Made by a program: the position numbers and the translations under genes. DNA of 64,000 nt from positions 237 through 64,236 of the forward strand of contig JAFWYK010000010.1 of assembly GCA_017517685.1 (NCBI GenBank), given 5' to 3'. Each line of letters starts with the position of its first letter. Position 1 is the stretch's first letter. Source of the DNA: Clostridia bacterium. GTDB taxonomy: Bacteria; Bacillota; Clostridia; TANB77; CAG-508. The notes under the pieces are model-generated. The model was not told where the DNA came from and made no database searches. It saw nothing but the letters and a program-made list of their open reading frames with translations. Positions 28,993 to 38,943 of this stretch are shown piece after piece.

Positions 28993-30396
28993 ATGGCAAA
29001 TGATGGAAAAGCTTTAAAAGAAAAATTATTTAAAGATAAAAGAAATGGATGGCAAAACCTAAGTGATGAAGAATTAAAAAATATTTTTCAATATGCAGAT
29101 GAATATATGTATTTTTTAAATAATTCAAAAACAGAAAAGGAAATAGTTCAAAACTCAAAAGAAATATTAATAAAAAATGGTTTTGTGGATATTTCAGAAA
29201 GAGAAACATTAAATCCTGGAGATAAAGTATTCTATGTAAATAGAGGTAGATGTTTATATGCTGCTGTTATGGGACAAGATCCTGTTGAATCAGGTTTAAA
29301 AGTTGTTGCAGCACATGGAGATTCTCCAAGAATAGATTTAAAACAATCACCATTATATGAAGATAGTGAAATAGCTATGTTAAAAACACATTATTATGGT
29401 GGAATCAAAAAATATCAATGGACAAATATTCCATTAAGTATGCACGGAACAATTGTTAAACCAGATGGCGAAAAAGTAAATATTTGCATTGGTGAAAAAG
29501 ATGAAGATCCAGTATTTACAATTTGTGATCTTTTACCACATTTAGCAGCAGAACAAATGGAAAGAAAATTAAGAGAAGGCGTTCAAGGTGAAGAACTTAA
29601 TGCAATGATTGGAAGTATTCCATATGATTCAGATGATGTTTCAGAAAAAGTAAAATTAAATGTATTAAAATTATTAAATGAACAATATGGAATTAAAGAA
29701 GTTGATTTTGCTAGTTCAGAAATTGAACTTGTACCAGCATTTAAAGCAAGAAGTACAGGATTAGATTATAGTATGATAGCAGCTTATGGACAAGATGATA
29801 AAGTATGCTGTTATGCTGGATTAAGAGCATTATTAAATGTAGAAGCTCCAAAGAAAACAGCAGTATGTGTTATTACTGATAAAGAAGAAGTTGGATTTAA
29901 TGGCGTAACAGGAATGTATACAAGAATATTTGATGGATTCGTAACTGAGTTACTTGAAAAAACAGGTAATAATAAAATAAGTGCATTAGATAGAACTTTT
30001 TCTAATACAAAGGCATTATCAGCAGATGTTGATGCAGCTTATAATCCAAATTTCCCTAGTGCTTTCGAGAAAAATAACTCAGCATTTTTTGGAAGAGGAA
30101 TGTCACTTGTAAAATATACAGGAGCAAGAGGAAAATCTGGTGCATCTGAAGCACCTGCAGAATTTGTTGCAGAAGTTAGAAGAATATTTGATCAAGCCGG
30201 AGCAAAATATCAATCTTGTGAATTAGGTAAAGTTGATAAAGGTGGCGGTGGAACAATCGCTTTAACTTTAGCAAATAGAGGTATGGATGTATTAGATGTT
30301 GGTGTTCCAGTAATGGGAATGCATTCTCCATATGAAGTAACAAGTAAATTTGATGTTTACCAAGCTTATAAAGGATATCAAGCATTTTTAAAATAA
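28993..30396 (+). CDS. M18-family aminopeptidase
   Basis: AAHGDSPRIDLK plus later DKEEVG and GMHSP motifs. ATG at 28993 follows AAAGGTGG; the track start is 28972. Confidence 0.7.
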   Translation: MANDGKALKEKLFKDKRNGWQNLSDEELKNIFQYADEYMYFLNNSKTEKEIVQNSKEILIKNGFVDISERETLNPGDKVFYVNRGRCLYAAVMGQDPVESGLKVVAAHGDSPRIDLKQSPLYEDSEIAMLKTHYYGGIKKYQWTNIPLSMHGTIVKPDGEKVNICIGEKDEDPVFTICDLLPHLAAEQMERKLREGVQGEELNAMIGSIPYDSDDVSEKVKLNVLKLLNEQYGIKEVDFASSEIELVPAFKARSTGLDYSMIAAYGQDDKVCCYAGLRALLNVEAPKKTAVCVITDKEEVGFNGVTGMYTRIFDGFVTELLEKTGNNKISALDRTFSNTKALSADVDAAYNPNFPSAFEKNNSAFFGRGMSLVKYTGARGKSGASEAPAEFVAEVRRIFDQAGAKYQSCELGKVDKGGGGTIALTLANRGMDVLDVGVPVMGMHSPYEVTSKFDVYQAYKGYQAFLK

Positions 30397-30401
30397 AAGT
30401 T

Positions 30402-30428
30402 AAAAGAGCATGAAAATGCTCTTTTTTT
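30402..30428 (+). terminator. intrinsic terminator
   Basis: AAGAGCAT-gaaa-ATGCTCTT followed by a T-run. Confidence 0.85.
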
Positions 30429-30510
30429 GTCGTTAAAAAAGTCGAAAACCTTTACAAAATGTAGTAAAGATGGTATAATTACAATGTAATTTATAAAAGG
30501 AGAGGATAAT

Positions 30511-30708
30511 ATGTTACATTTAATTCCAATACCAATTTTATTAATAGCACACTTAATTTATGTTGTTGCTGATAAATATAAATTAAATATCACTAAAAAA
30601 ATATGTAGAATAGTTATGATTTTATCTACTATTGTATTTATATATACATTTGCATTATATAAAGGAATCGATTTAATTGCATTAGTAATTAATTTCTTTA
30701 AGTTTTAA
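30511..30708 (+). CDS. small two-TM membrane protein, unknown
   Basis: SD GGAGAGG. 65 aa, hydrophobic, with host-like composition. Confidence 0.45.
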   Translation: MLHLIPIPILLIAHLIYVVADKYKLNITKKICRIVMILSTIVFIYTFALYKGIDLIALVINFFKF

Positions 30709-30963
30709 AAAATATAGGCTAAATATGAAATGTTTTTCATTTTATATTTAGTCTTTTTTTGTTAAAAAAACAATAAAAATTTAGTCAAAATAGATGAAAT
30801 ATTTTTTAAATGTGATATAATCATTTTGGAAAATTATATCCTCTTGGAATCAAACTAAGAGTTGATTAATTTATAATAAAAACTTTTAAAATTTTTTAGA
30901 AAGGAGATATGCTAGAAAATAATTGTAATCTAGCATAGAAGGTAAACATGGAGAATACAAAAT

Positions 30964-31440
30964 GTGAAGGATGCACTCGGAATTGATCCAAAAATGACTG
31001 AGATACTTAATAAGTATACAGCAGTAAAAGACAATTTAATTCAAATTTTGAATGAAGTACAAGATTATTATGGATATGTTCCAGAAAAAGCACAAGTTGC
31101 AATTTCAGAATATTTAGATATGCCAATGGCAGAAATATATGGAGTTGTTACATTTTATTCAAGATTCACTTTAAAACCAAAAGGAAAATATCACATTGCA
31201 GTTTGCTTAGGAACAGCTTGCTTTGTTAAAGGTTCTGAAAATGTTCTTGAAAGAGCAAAAGAAAGATTAGGAATTGATGTAGGAGAAACAACAGCGGATG
31301 GTAAGTTTTCACTAGAAGCAACTAGATGTATAGGTGCTTGCGGTTTAGCTCCGGTATTTACAGTTAATGAAGAAGTATACGGAAAAGCCACAGTAAAAAT
31401 GATGGATGAAGTATTAGATAAATACATGAATGAACAATAA
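30964..31440 (+). CDS. hydC: NuoE-like [2Fe-2S] subunit of trimeric [FeFe] hydrogenase
   Basis: Cys pattern C..TAC....C.GAC typical of NuoE/HndA. Start is ambiguous: GTG at 30964 or ATG at 30994. Confidence 0.8.
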   Translation: MKDALGIDPKMTEILNKYTAVKDNLIQILNEVQDYYGYVPEKAQVAISEYLDMPMAEIYGVVTFYSRFTLKPKGKYHIAVCLGTACFVKGSENVLERAKERLGIDVGETTADGKFSLEATRCIGACGLAPVFTVNEEVYGKATVKMMDEVLDKYMNEQ

Positions 31441-31463
31441 AAATTTTAGAAGGGAGCAAATTG

Positions 31464-33323
31464 ATGAAGACTTTAGAAGAAATTAAATTAATTAGAGAAG
31501 AAAAAAGAAAAGAATTAGATCTAAGAATCAATACTGAAGCTGACACTAGAGAAAAACATATTTTAGTATGTCATGGAACTGGTTGTACATCTTCAAAATC
31601 ACCAAAAATTATTGAAAATTTTAGAAAATTAATTGAAGAAAAAAATATAGAAAATGTTAGAGTAATTCAAACTGGATGTTTTGGATTATGTGCTAAAGGT
31701 CCAATAGTAATTATTAGACCTGAAGATGTATTTTATGCAATGGTTACTCCAGATGATTGTGAAGAAATTATTGAAAAACACATTCAAAATGGAGAATTAG
31801 TTGAAAGATTACTATGTAAAGATATTGATAATTCAGTAGTAAAAAAATTAGATGAATTAACATTCTATAAAAAACAAAAAAGAATTGCACTTCAAAACTG
31901 TGGTGTAATTGATCCAGAAAATATTGATGAATATATCGCATTTGATGGATATAAAGCGTTAGAAAAAGTTTTATTTGAAATGTCACAAGATGATGTTATC
32001 AATGAAATAACAAACTCTGGCTTAAGAGGTAGAGGTGGAGCTGGATTCCCAACAGGTAAAAAATGGTTATTTACAAAAATGGCAGAAGGAGAACAAAAAT
32101 ATGTTGCATGTAATGCTGACGAGGGTGACCCAGGAGCATTCATGGATAGAAGTATTTTAGAGGGCGATCCACACAACATAGTTGAAGCTATGATGATTGC
32201 TGGTTATGCAATTGGAGCTGACAAAGGTTACATATATGTAAGAGCTGAATATCCAATCGCAGTTAAACGTTTCCAAACAGCTATAGATCAAGCTAGAGAA
32301 TATGGAATCTTAGGACAAAATATTTGGGGAACAGGATTTAACTTTGATTTAGAAATAAGATTAGGAGCTGGAGCTTTCGTATGTGGTGAAGAAACAGCAC
32401 TTCTTGAATCAATTGAAGGAAGACGTGGTCAACCAAGATTAAAACCTCCATTCCCAGCAAATGCAGGTTTATTCCAAAAACCAACATTAATAAACAACGT
32501 TGAAACATACGCTAATATAACAAAAATTATTTTAAATGGAGCTGAATGGTATAACGGTATTGGTACAGAAACATCTAAAGGAACTAAAGTATTTGCTTTA
32601 GGTGGAAACGTTATGAACATAGGACTTGTTGAAGTTCCAATGGGTGTAACATTAAGAGAAATCGTATACGATATCGGTGGAGGAATTCCAAACGGAAGAA
32701 AATTCAAGGCAGCTCAAACAGGTGGACCTTCAGGAGGATGTATTCCAGAAGAACACTTAGATACACCAATTGATTATGAATCATTAAAATCAATCGGATC
32801 TATGATGGGATCAGGTGGATTAATAGTAATGGATGATTCAAAATGTATGGTTAACTTAGCTAAATTCTATTTAGGATTTACAGTTGATGAATCATGTGGT
32901 AAATGTACACCATGTAGAATTGGTACAAAGAGATTACTAGAAATGCTTGAAAGAATTACAGATGGAAAAGGTGAAGCTGGAGATATCGAAAAAATCGAAG
33001 TTCTATGCAGAAACATTCAAACAGCATCTGTATGTGGACTTGGTCAAACAGCACCAAACCCAGTATTAAGTACATTAAAATATTTCAGAAATGAATATGA
33101 AGAACATATTAATGAGAAAAAATGTAGTGCTGGTGAATGTAAAGCTTTAATGCAACTTACAATTGTACCTGAACTATGTAAAGGATGTGGATTATGTAAG
33201 AGAAATTGCCCAGTTGATGCAATCGATGGAGATATTAAACAACCACACGTAATCGACTTAGAAAAATGTATTAAATGTGGAACATGTATTACAAAATGTC
33301 CATTCCACGCAATTAAAAATTAG
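31464..33323 (+). CDS. hydB: NuoF-like FMN/NAD(H)-binding subunit of trimeric [FeFe] hydrogenase
   Basis: N-terminal thioredoxin-like 2Fe-2S domain (CHGTGC..CFGLC). GRGGAGFPTGKKW, ADEGDPGAF, and a C-terminal 2x CxxCxxCxxxCP ferredoxin domain. Confidence 0.88.
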   Translation: MKTLEEIKLIREEKRKELDLRINTEADTREKHILVCHGTGCTSSKSPKIIENFRKLIEEKNIENVRVIQTGCFGLCAKGPIVIIRPEDVFYAMVTPDDCEEIIEKHIQNGELVERLLCKDIDNSVVKKLDELTFYKKQKRIALQNCGVIDPENIDEYIAFDGYKALEKVLFEMSQDDVINEITNSGLRGRGGAGFPTGKKWLFTKMAEGEQKYVACNADEGDPGAFMDRSILEGDPHNIVEAMMIAGYAIGADKGYIYVRAEYPIAVKRFQTAIDQAREYGILGQNIWGTGFNFDLEIRLGAGAFVCGEETALLESIEGRRGQPRLKPPFPANAGLFQKPTLINNVETYANITKIILNGAEWYNGIGTETSKGTKVFALGGNVMNIGLVEVPMGVTLREIVYDIGGGIPNGRKFKAAQTGGPSGGCIPEEHLDTPIDYESLKSIGSMMGSGGLIVMDDSKCMVNLAKFYLGFTVDESCGKCTPCRIGTKRLLEMLERITDGKGEAGDIEKIEVLCRNIQTASVCGLGQTAPNPVLSTLKYFRNEYEEHINEKKCSAGECKALMQLTIVPELCKGCGLCKRNCPVDAIDGDIKQPHVIDLEKCIKCGTCITKCPFHAIKN

Positions 33324-33360
33324 GAATCTTATAAGTCCAAAAATATGAAAGGAGATAAAC

Positions 33361-35094
33361 ATGATACATTTAACTATAAATGGAAAAAATGTTGAAGTTG
33401 AGGAAGGATCAACAATATTAGAAGCAGCAAGAAAAGCTAATATAGATATTCCAACACTTTGTTTCTTAAAAGATGTAAATGAAGTTGGAGATTGTAGAAT
33501 GTGTGTTGTAGAAGTTGAAGGTAGAAGAGGATTAGCTACAGCATGTATTCAAAAAGCAGAAGAAGGAATGGTAGTAAATACAAGTACACCTACTGTTATA
33601 GAAGCTAGAAAAGTAGTTCTAGATTTAATTCTTTCAAATCATGATAGAGAATGCTTAACATGTACAAGAAATGGAAATTGTGAATTACAAAGATTAGCAC
33701 AACAATTCTATGTAGATGATATTAGATACAAAGGTGAAAGAAATGTTCATGAAATAGACGACTTATCACCAGCTATCGTTAGAGATTTTAATAAATGCGT
33801 ATTATGTAGAAGATGCGTTGCAACATGTAAAAAAGTTCAAGGAATCGGAGCAATCGATTCTGCAAACAGAGGATTTGCATCACAAGTTTCTACATATGCA
33901 AATAAAAGTTTAAATGATGTTAACTGTACATTCTGTGGACAATGTATTGAAGCTTGTCCTGTAGGAGCTTTAAAAGAAAAAGATTCTACAAAAGAAGTAT
34001 GGGAAGCATTAAGAAATCCAGATAAATATGTTGTAGTTCAAACAGCTCCTGCTGTCAGAGTTGCACTTGGTGAAGAATTCGGAATGGAAATCGGAACAAA
34101 TGTAACAGGAAAAATGGTTACAGCATTAAGAACATTAGGATTTGATAAAGTATTTGATACAAATACAGCAGCAGACTTAACAATTATGGAAGAGGGAACA
34201 GAATTCTTAGATAGATTCCAAAATGGTGGAACTCTACCAATGATTACATCTTGTAGTCCAGGATGGGTTAGATATTTAGAATTAAATTATCCAGAATTAA
34301 TTCCAAATCTTTCTACATGTAAATCACCTCATCAAATGTATGGAGCAATCATTAAATCATACTTTGCTGAGAAAAATAATATTGATCCAGCTAAAATATA
34401 TGTTGTATCAGTTATGCCATGTGTAGCTAAAAAATTCGAAAGTTCAAGAGAAGAAATGATAAATGATGTAGATGCAGTTATCACAACAAGAGAACTTGCA
34501 AGAATGATTAAACAAGCTCACATCGAATTTACAACTTTAGAAGAAACAGGATTTGATGCTCCAATGGGTGAAGCAACAGGTGCTGGTGTAATCTTTGGAA
34601 CAACTGGTGGTGTTATGGAAGCTGCTTTAAGAACAGTTAAAGAAATAGTAACAGGAAATACATTTGATAAATTAGAATATGAACCAGTTAGAGGAGCAGA
34701 AGGAATTAAAAAAGCATCTGTAGAAATGAACGGACAAGAAGTTAAAGTTGCAGTTGCATCTGGATTAAAAAATGCTCAAATTATATTAGAAGAAATCAAA
34801 GCAGGAAAAGCTGATTATCAATTCGTTGAAATTATGGCTTGCCCAGGTGGATGCGTAATGGGTGGAGGACAACCAATTAGATCTTCTAAAGAAAGAGCTA
34901 CAATTGATATTAGAGCAAAAAGAGCAGGAGCTTTATATTCAATTGATGAAGCTAGTACAATTAGAAAATCTCATGAAAATCCAGTAATTAAAAAATTATA
35001 TGAAGAATACTTAGAAAAACCAGGCGGACATAAATCTCATGAATTATTACATACACATTATGTATCAAGACCTAAATATAAATTAGGAGAATAG
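33361..35094 (+). CDS. hydA: [FeFe] hydrogenase catalytic subunit
   Basis: N-terminal 2Fe-2S and 4Fe-4S domains. H-cluster motifs MPCVAKKFE and EIMACPGGCVMGGGQP are present. The first motif reads TSCSPGW instead of TSCCPxW. Confidence 0.88.
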   Translation: MIHLTINGKNVEVEEGSTILEAARKANIDIPTLCFLKDVNEVGDCRMCVVEVEGRRGLATACIQKAEEGMVVNTSTPTVIEARKVVLDLILSNHDRECLTCTRNGNCELQRLAQQFYVDDIRYKGERNVHEIDDLSPAIVRDFNKCVLCRRCVATCKKVQGIGAIDSANRGFASQVSTYANKSLNDVNCTFCGQCIEACPVGALKEKDSTKEVWEALRNPDKYVVVQTAPAVRVALGEEFGMEIGTNVTGKMVTALRTLGFDKVFDTNTAADLTIMEEGTEFLDRFQNGGTLPMITSCSPGWVRYLELNYPELIPNLSTCKSPHQMYGAIIKSYFAEKNNIDPAKIYVVSVMPCVAKKFESSREEMINDVDAVITTRELARMIKQAHIEFTTLEETGFDAPMGEATGAGVIFGTTGGVMEAALRTVKEIVTGNTFDKLEYEPVRGAEGIKKASVEMNGQEVKVAVASGLKNAQIILEEIKAGKADYQFVEIMACPGGCVMGGGQPIRSSKERATIDIRAKRAGALYSIDEASTIRKSHENPVIKKLYEEYLEKPGGHKSHELLHTHYVSRPKYKLGE

Positions 35095-35122
35095 AATATA
35101 ATAAATAAAAATTAAAATTTTT

Positions 35123-35152
35123 AAAGTAGGACTGATTTAGTCCTACTTTTTT
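35123..35152 (+). terminator. intrinsic terminator after the hydrogenase operon
   Basis: GTAGGAC-tgattta-GTCCTAC followed by T6. Confidence 0.85.
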
Positions 35153-35239
35153 GTTATTTAAAAGTAACACCTGTGTTATAGTATTTTGAAAACTTCAATG
35201 ATACAATAATTAAAATATTATAAGTAAAAGAGGTTTGTT

Positions 35240-35494
35240 ATGGGTGTAGAAAATGATAAAGTTAAAGAGTTACTTTTAATAAAAAGTAATTTACAAACTG
35301 CATTAGAAACAAATAATAGAGAAGATATAATAAGATATTTTAATGAATTTAAAGCTTTATATGAGGAAGTAACATCAAAGAAATTTGAAGATGATATACC
35401 AGAAGAAAAGTTAAAACAAATTCAAAGTGTTATTAATGGAACTGTTGCTGAAACAGTTGTTAAGGAAGATACCGGAGAAGAAATTTTAATGTAG
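35240..35494 (+). CDS. small acidic helical protein, unknown (orphan operon gene 1)
   Basis: SD AGAGG. 84 aa with no motif. 13-nt spacer to the next ORF. Confidence 0.55.
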   Translation: MGVENDKVKELLLIKSNLQTALETNNREDIIRYFNEFKALYEEVTSKKFEDDIPEEKLKQIQSVINGTVAETVVKEDTGEEILM

Positions 35495-35507
35495 TTGGAG
35501 TACTCAT

Positions 35508-38500
35508 ATGGAGAAAAAAGATATAGATTTATACTTAAGTAAAGTTAATAGTGAGGCAACAAAGGAAGAGAAACTTGAAGCAACAAAAGAATTAGTAAAA
35601 CAGATAGATGAAAGTGTTGTACATTTAGATAAAACAACACGAAGAATGGCATCGTATAAAATAGATCAAGACTTAATAGATTATTTGGTTTCTTCTTCAG
35701 CAATTAGTATTGCGCATGAAATAGGAATGACAGAAATCCAAGAATTATCAAGAATTGTTGGATTTATTGTGGAAAGTTCTAACGCTTCTAATAAAGAAGA
35801 TTCTTTAAAGAAATTAAGAGAAGAAGTTGAAGCAGCTTTACAAAATCATGAGTTTTTGGGAGAATCACCTACAAAGGAACAATTAGATATATATGATGGA
35901 ATATTAACTAGATATTTATATGAGGCGATAGATAGAGGAATACCGGTTAATAATATTGCAAAAGATGCAGCTACGTATTTATTTTCAAATATGCCTGATG
36001 GGTTGAATCATAGGCATACATTAGCTTATCAATTACAAATATTGAGAGCAATGTCTGACAGAGAAGATATTGGTGATTTAATTCCTAAACTTACTAAAGA
36101 AGAATATAGAGAAGCTTTAAGTAATCCACATGTTTTAAAAAGTGGAAGATTAGCTGTTTTAGGTCCATATGATTTAATATTAAATGAATATATGTATCAT
36201 TATGGACAAACAGGTGAAATTAGCATAGAAGAAAAAAGTAAATTATTCGATACATTAGTTTCTAATGTAAGACCAGGAGAATTAATAAACTCTAATGCAT
36301 ATACAAAATATTTTTCAGTAAGCGGTTTTGAAGATGATCAAAAAGTTACTTATGGTAGTAATACTGCAATTATGACAGATGTATTAGCAAGAATATATGA
36401 GAACAACGGTAGAGATACTCGTATAACAGATTTTGAAGCAATGTTAATAGATGATTTTTATTTACCACATGACTATAATTTAGAACAAGAAGAACCAGAA
36501 GAATATGCAAGAATGAAAGAGTTAATACCAGATTATTCTCCAGTACTACATATCGAAAGTGAACTTGAAAGACATTTGAATCAGCTATTTATATATTCGG
36601 CTTCTTCACCTGAAAAATTAGCTAGATATATGATTAGATTACAAAATTTGTTTGCTTCTAGAAATAGACCGAAAGAAGAAAAATTAGGAAAAATATATGA
36701 TGATGTAATATCTATAAAAATTGTAGATGCATTAAAAGCAAATCTTACAAAAGATGCACTAAAAGAAGTTGATCCAAACGCTCCGAAAGTAGATTGGGAC
36801 GAGATTTCAAAAATTTTAGGTATCGAAGAAACTGAAGAAGAACGTCAAAGACGACTTGAAACAGAGAAATCTCTTGAAGAGATAAAAAAAGATCGTGATC
36901 CTAATTTAAGTTATACAGGTTTAAGAAGAATTGATTATGCAGATATTGCTATAGAATTGATGTTAGAAGCTGACTTTGAAGAGGGTGTTAAGGTATTTGC
37001 TAATCCAGAAACAATAGCTAGATTTTCTGAGGCTGGTAGAAATATATTTGATTCTAAAGCTGCTAGAAAAATGGTTGAATTATATGTAGAAGACCCTTCA
37101 AGGTATGATAAAAATCCGCTTGCTGAGTCAATAATTGAAAGATATGTTAGCACAGTTGTTAGTAAACCTGATTTTAATGTGTTTAAAGAACAAGGTATTG
37201 CTGAATTAATGCAACTTGGTAATTTAGATAATAAATGTTATTTTGCAAAACGATTAATACCAAGAATAAAAGAAATTTTTGCAAAAAATCCTGCGTATTC
37301 AATGACCATAGATGAAAGTATTCAAGAGACATATGATTTTATAAAAAGTGTTGGCGATAATTCAATTAGTCAAGATATGGAAGCGGAATTTGATACATTT
37401 TTAAAAAATTTAACAAGAATAAGAATGGTATCACTAAATTTTGCATTACCAGAAGATGTAGTAGATTTTTTGATGAGCCAATCAATGAGACCAGAATCTC
37501 TTATTAATTTTAATAAGGAAAAATATGGTAAAGTTGCTGAGAGGGCTATTGAAGATTTAGGAAAAATAGATCATTTAAGACGTAATGGCGGAAAACCACT
37601 TAGTTCATTATATATAGTTAGAGATTATCTAGAACATGAAAAAACAATGGGATTACATGCAGGAGATACTATAACAATTAAAAGAGAAAGAATGGATCAA
37701 TTAGCAAATGGTAATCCAGATGGAATTAATACAATTTTCCATGAAAATACGCATATGAATCAAGGTGTAAGATTAAAAGGTACTATCTCTAGTTATAGAG
37801 AATATGTAATGTTAAAAGAAGATATTATTAGAAATTATGATAAATATGATGATTATTATGACACAAATTATATTATGATTTTTAAAGAAATAGAAGCCAG
37901 AGAAGTGGCTGCAGGAATGACAGCTAAGTATTTAGCTAAAATTGCTCCTAAAACTCAAGAAGTTGCAATAGCAGAAGCTGCAAAAGCTGATGTAATAGAT
38001 ATGATTTCCGAAAGATTTAAAAGAGAACAAGAAAGATATGAACATGAAAGCGAGTCTGAATCGAAATTATATATAGAAGGTTTGGATAAAAAAGATAAAG
38101 ATGGTAGCACAAGAAGTGTTAATGCTATATTTTCAGATAGATTTAGAAATAGTTATGCTATGAATGATTTTATAAAAAGAGTACCGTTTGCAGCTATAGA
38201 ATATGATAGCAATGGAAAAATAAGACCATTTTCAGAGCAAATGGCATTTCTAAACAGGATTAGTGACACAACATTTTCTGTAAAACAATATGGTTTTATT
38301 AAAAATATTTTAAAATTTAGTCAAAATGATAAAACAGAAAATAGTAAACAATCAGTTTTAGCATTAAAAGACTTAATAGAAGCTTCAAATGGTAAGAATT
38401 TACAAGAGCAATTTGTAGGGGTTATAGTATCAGATAATTATTTACCAGTTTTTGCTAGTTTTGTTAAAGATGCTTTTGCAGATTTAAAGGCAAAACCATC

Positions 38501-38927
38501 AGTAACTGAAGATAGAATAGATACTTATACTGCTGTTAAAAGAATTGCTAGCTTAGTAAGAGATAATCCTGATGCTGAATGGACAAAAGCATTTAATGAA
38601 AAAAATGCAAAAGGTAATAGTATTTTAGATATGATAGATTTATACGAAAAAGGTATAAAACTAGCTCATCCAGGAATGGATAAAGCGGTAGTAGCTTTAT
38701 CAGAAGCTCGTAGAAAACAAGCTGAAGAACGCCAAGCAAGAATAGATATGCTAAAACATTCAAATAAACCGAAAGGATTACTGGGAATATTTGGTAAAAA
38801 GAGAGTTGGATATAAAGAAATGGCTGGAATAACAGCCGATGTTGAAGGAAAACATGCAGTGCAAAATTATGAATCTGTTCAACAACATCAAATAGATTTG
38901 GCAGAACAAGATATTCAAGAACAATAA
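35508..38927 (+). CDS. 1139-aa soluble protein with a single HExxH zincin motif, otherwise unknown
   Basis: SD GGAG. HENTHMNQ at 37740-37763 (residues 745-752), with FKEIEAREVA downstream. No obvious TM segment or signal peptide. Confidence 0.7.
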   Translation: MEKKDIDLYLSKVNSEATKEEKLEATKELVKQIDESVVHLDKTTRRMASYKIDQDLIDYLVSSSAISIAHEIGMTEIQELSRIVGFIVESSNASNKEDSLKKLREEVEAALQNHEFLGESPTKEQLDIYDGILTRYLYEAIDRGIPVNNIAKDAATYLFSNMPDGLNHRHTLAYQLQILRAMSDREDIGDLIPKLTKEEYREALSNPHVLKSGRLAVLGPYDLILNEYMYHYGQTGEISIEEKSKLFDTLVSNVRPGELINSNAYTKYFSVSGFEDDQKVTYGSNTAIMTDVLARIYENNGRDTRITDFEAMLIDDFYLPHDYNLEQEEPEEYARMKELIPDYSPVLHIESELERHLNQLFIYSASSPEKLARYMIRLQNLFASRNRPKEEKLGKIYDDVISIKIVDALKANLTKDALKEVDPNAPKVDWDEISKILGIEETEEERQRRLETEKSLEEIKKDRDPNLSYTGLRRIDYADIAIELMLEADFEEGVKVFANPETIARFSEAGRNIFDSKAARKMVELYVEDPSRYDKNPLAESIIERYVSTVVSKPDFNVFKEQGIAELMQLGNLDNKCYFAKRLIPRIKEIFAKNPAYSMTIDESIQETYDFIKSVGDNSISQDMEAEFDTFLKNLTRIRMVSLNFALPEDVVDFLMSQSMRPESLINFNKEKYGKVAERAIEDLGKIDHLRRNGGKPLSSLYIVRDYLEHEKTMGLHAGDTITIKRERMDQLANGNPDGINTIFHENTHMNQGVRLKGTISSYREYVMLKEDIIRNYDKYDDYYDTNYIMIFKEIEAREVAAGMTAKYLAKIAPKTQEVAIAEAAKADVIDMISERFKREQERYEHESESESKLYIEGLDKKDKDGSTRSVNAIFSDRFRNSYAMNDFIKRVPFAAIEYDSNGKIRPFSEQMAFLNRISDTTFSVKQYGFIKNILKFSQNDKTENSKQSVLALKDLIEASNGKNLQEQFVGVIVSDNYLPVFASFVKDAFADLKAKPSVTEDRIDTYTAVKRIASLVRDNPDAEWTKAFNEKNAKGNSILDMIDLYEKGIKLAHPGMDKAVVALSEARRKQAEERQARIDMLKHSNKPKGLLGIFGKKRVGYKEMAGITADVEGKHAVQNYESVQQHQIDLAEQDIQEQ

Positions 38928-38943
38928 AATTTAAGAGGTAGAT

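Noticed and set aside
28103-28999. 298-aa minus-strand ORF antisense to pdp paralog 2.
   Set aside because: The plus strand encodes an unmistakable pyrimidine-nucleoside phosphorylase. The antisense product is low-complexity S/I/F/A-rich with no SD.
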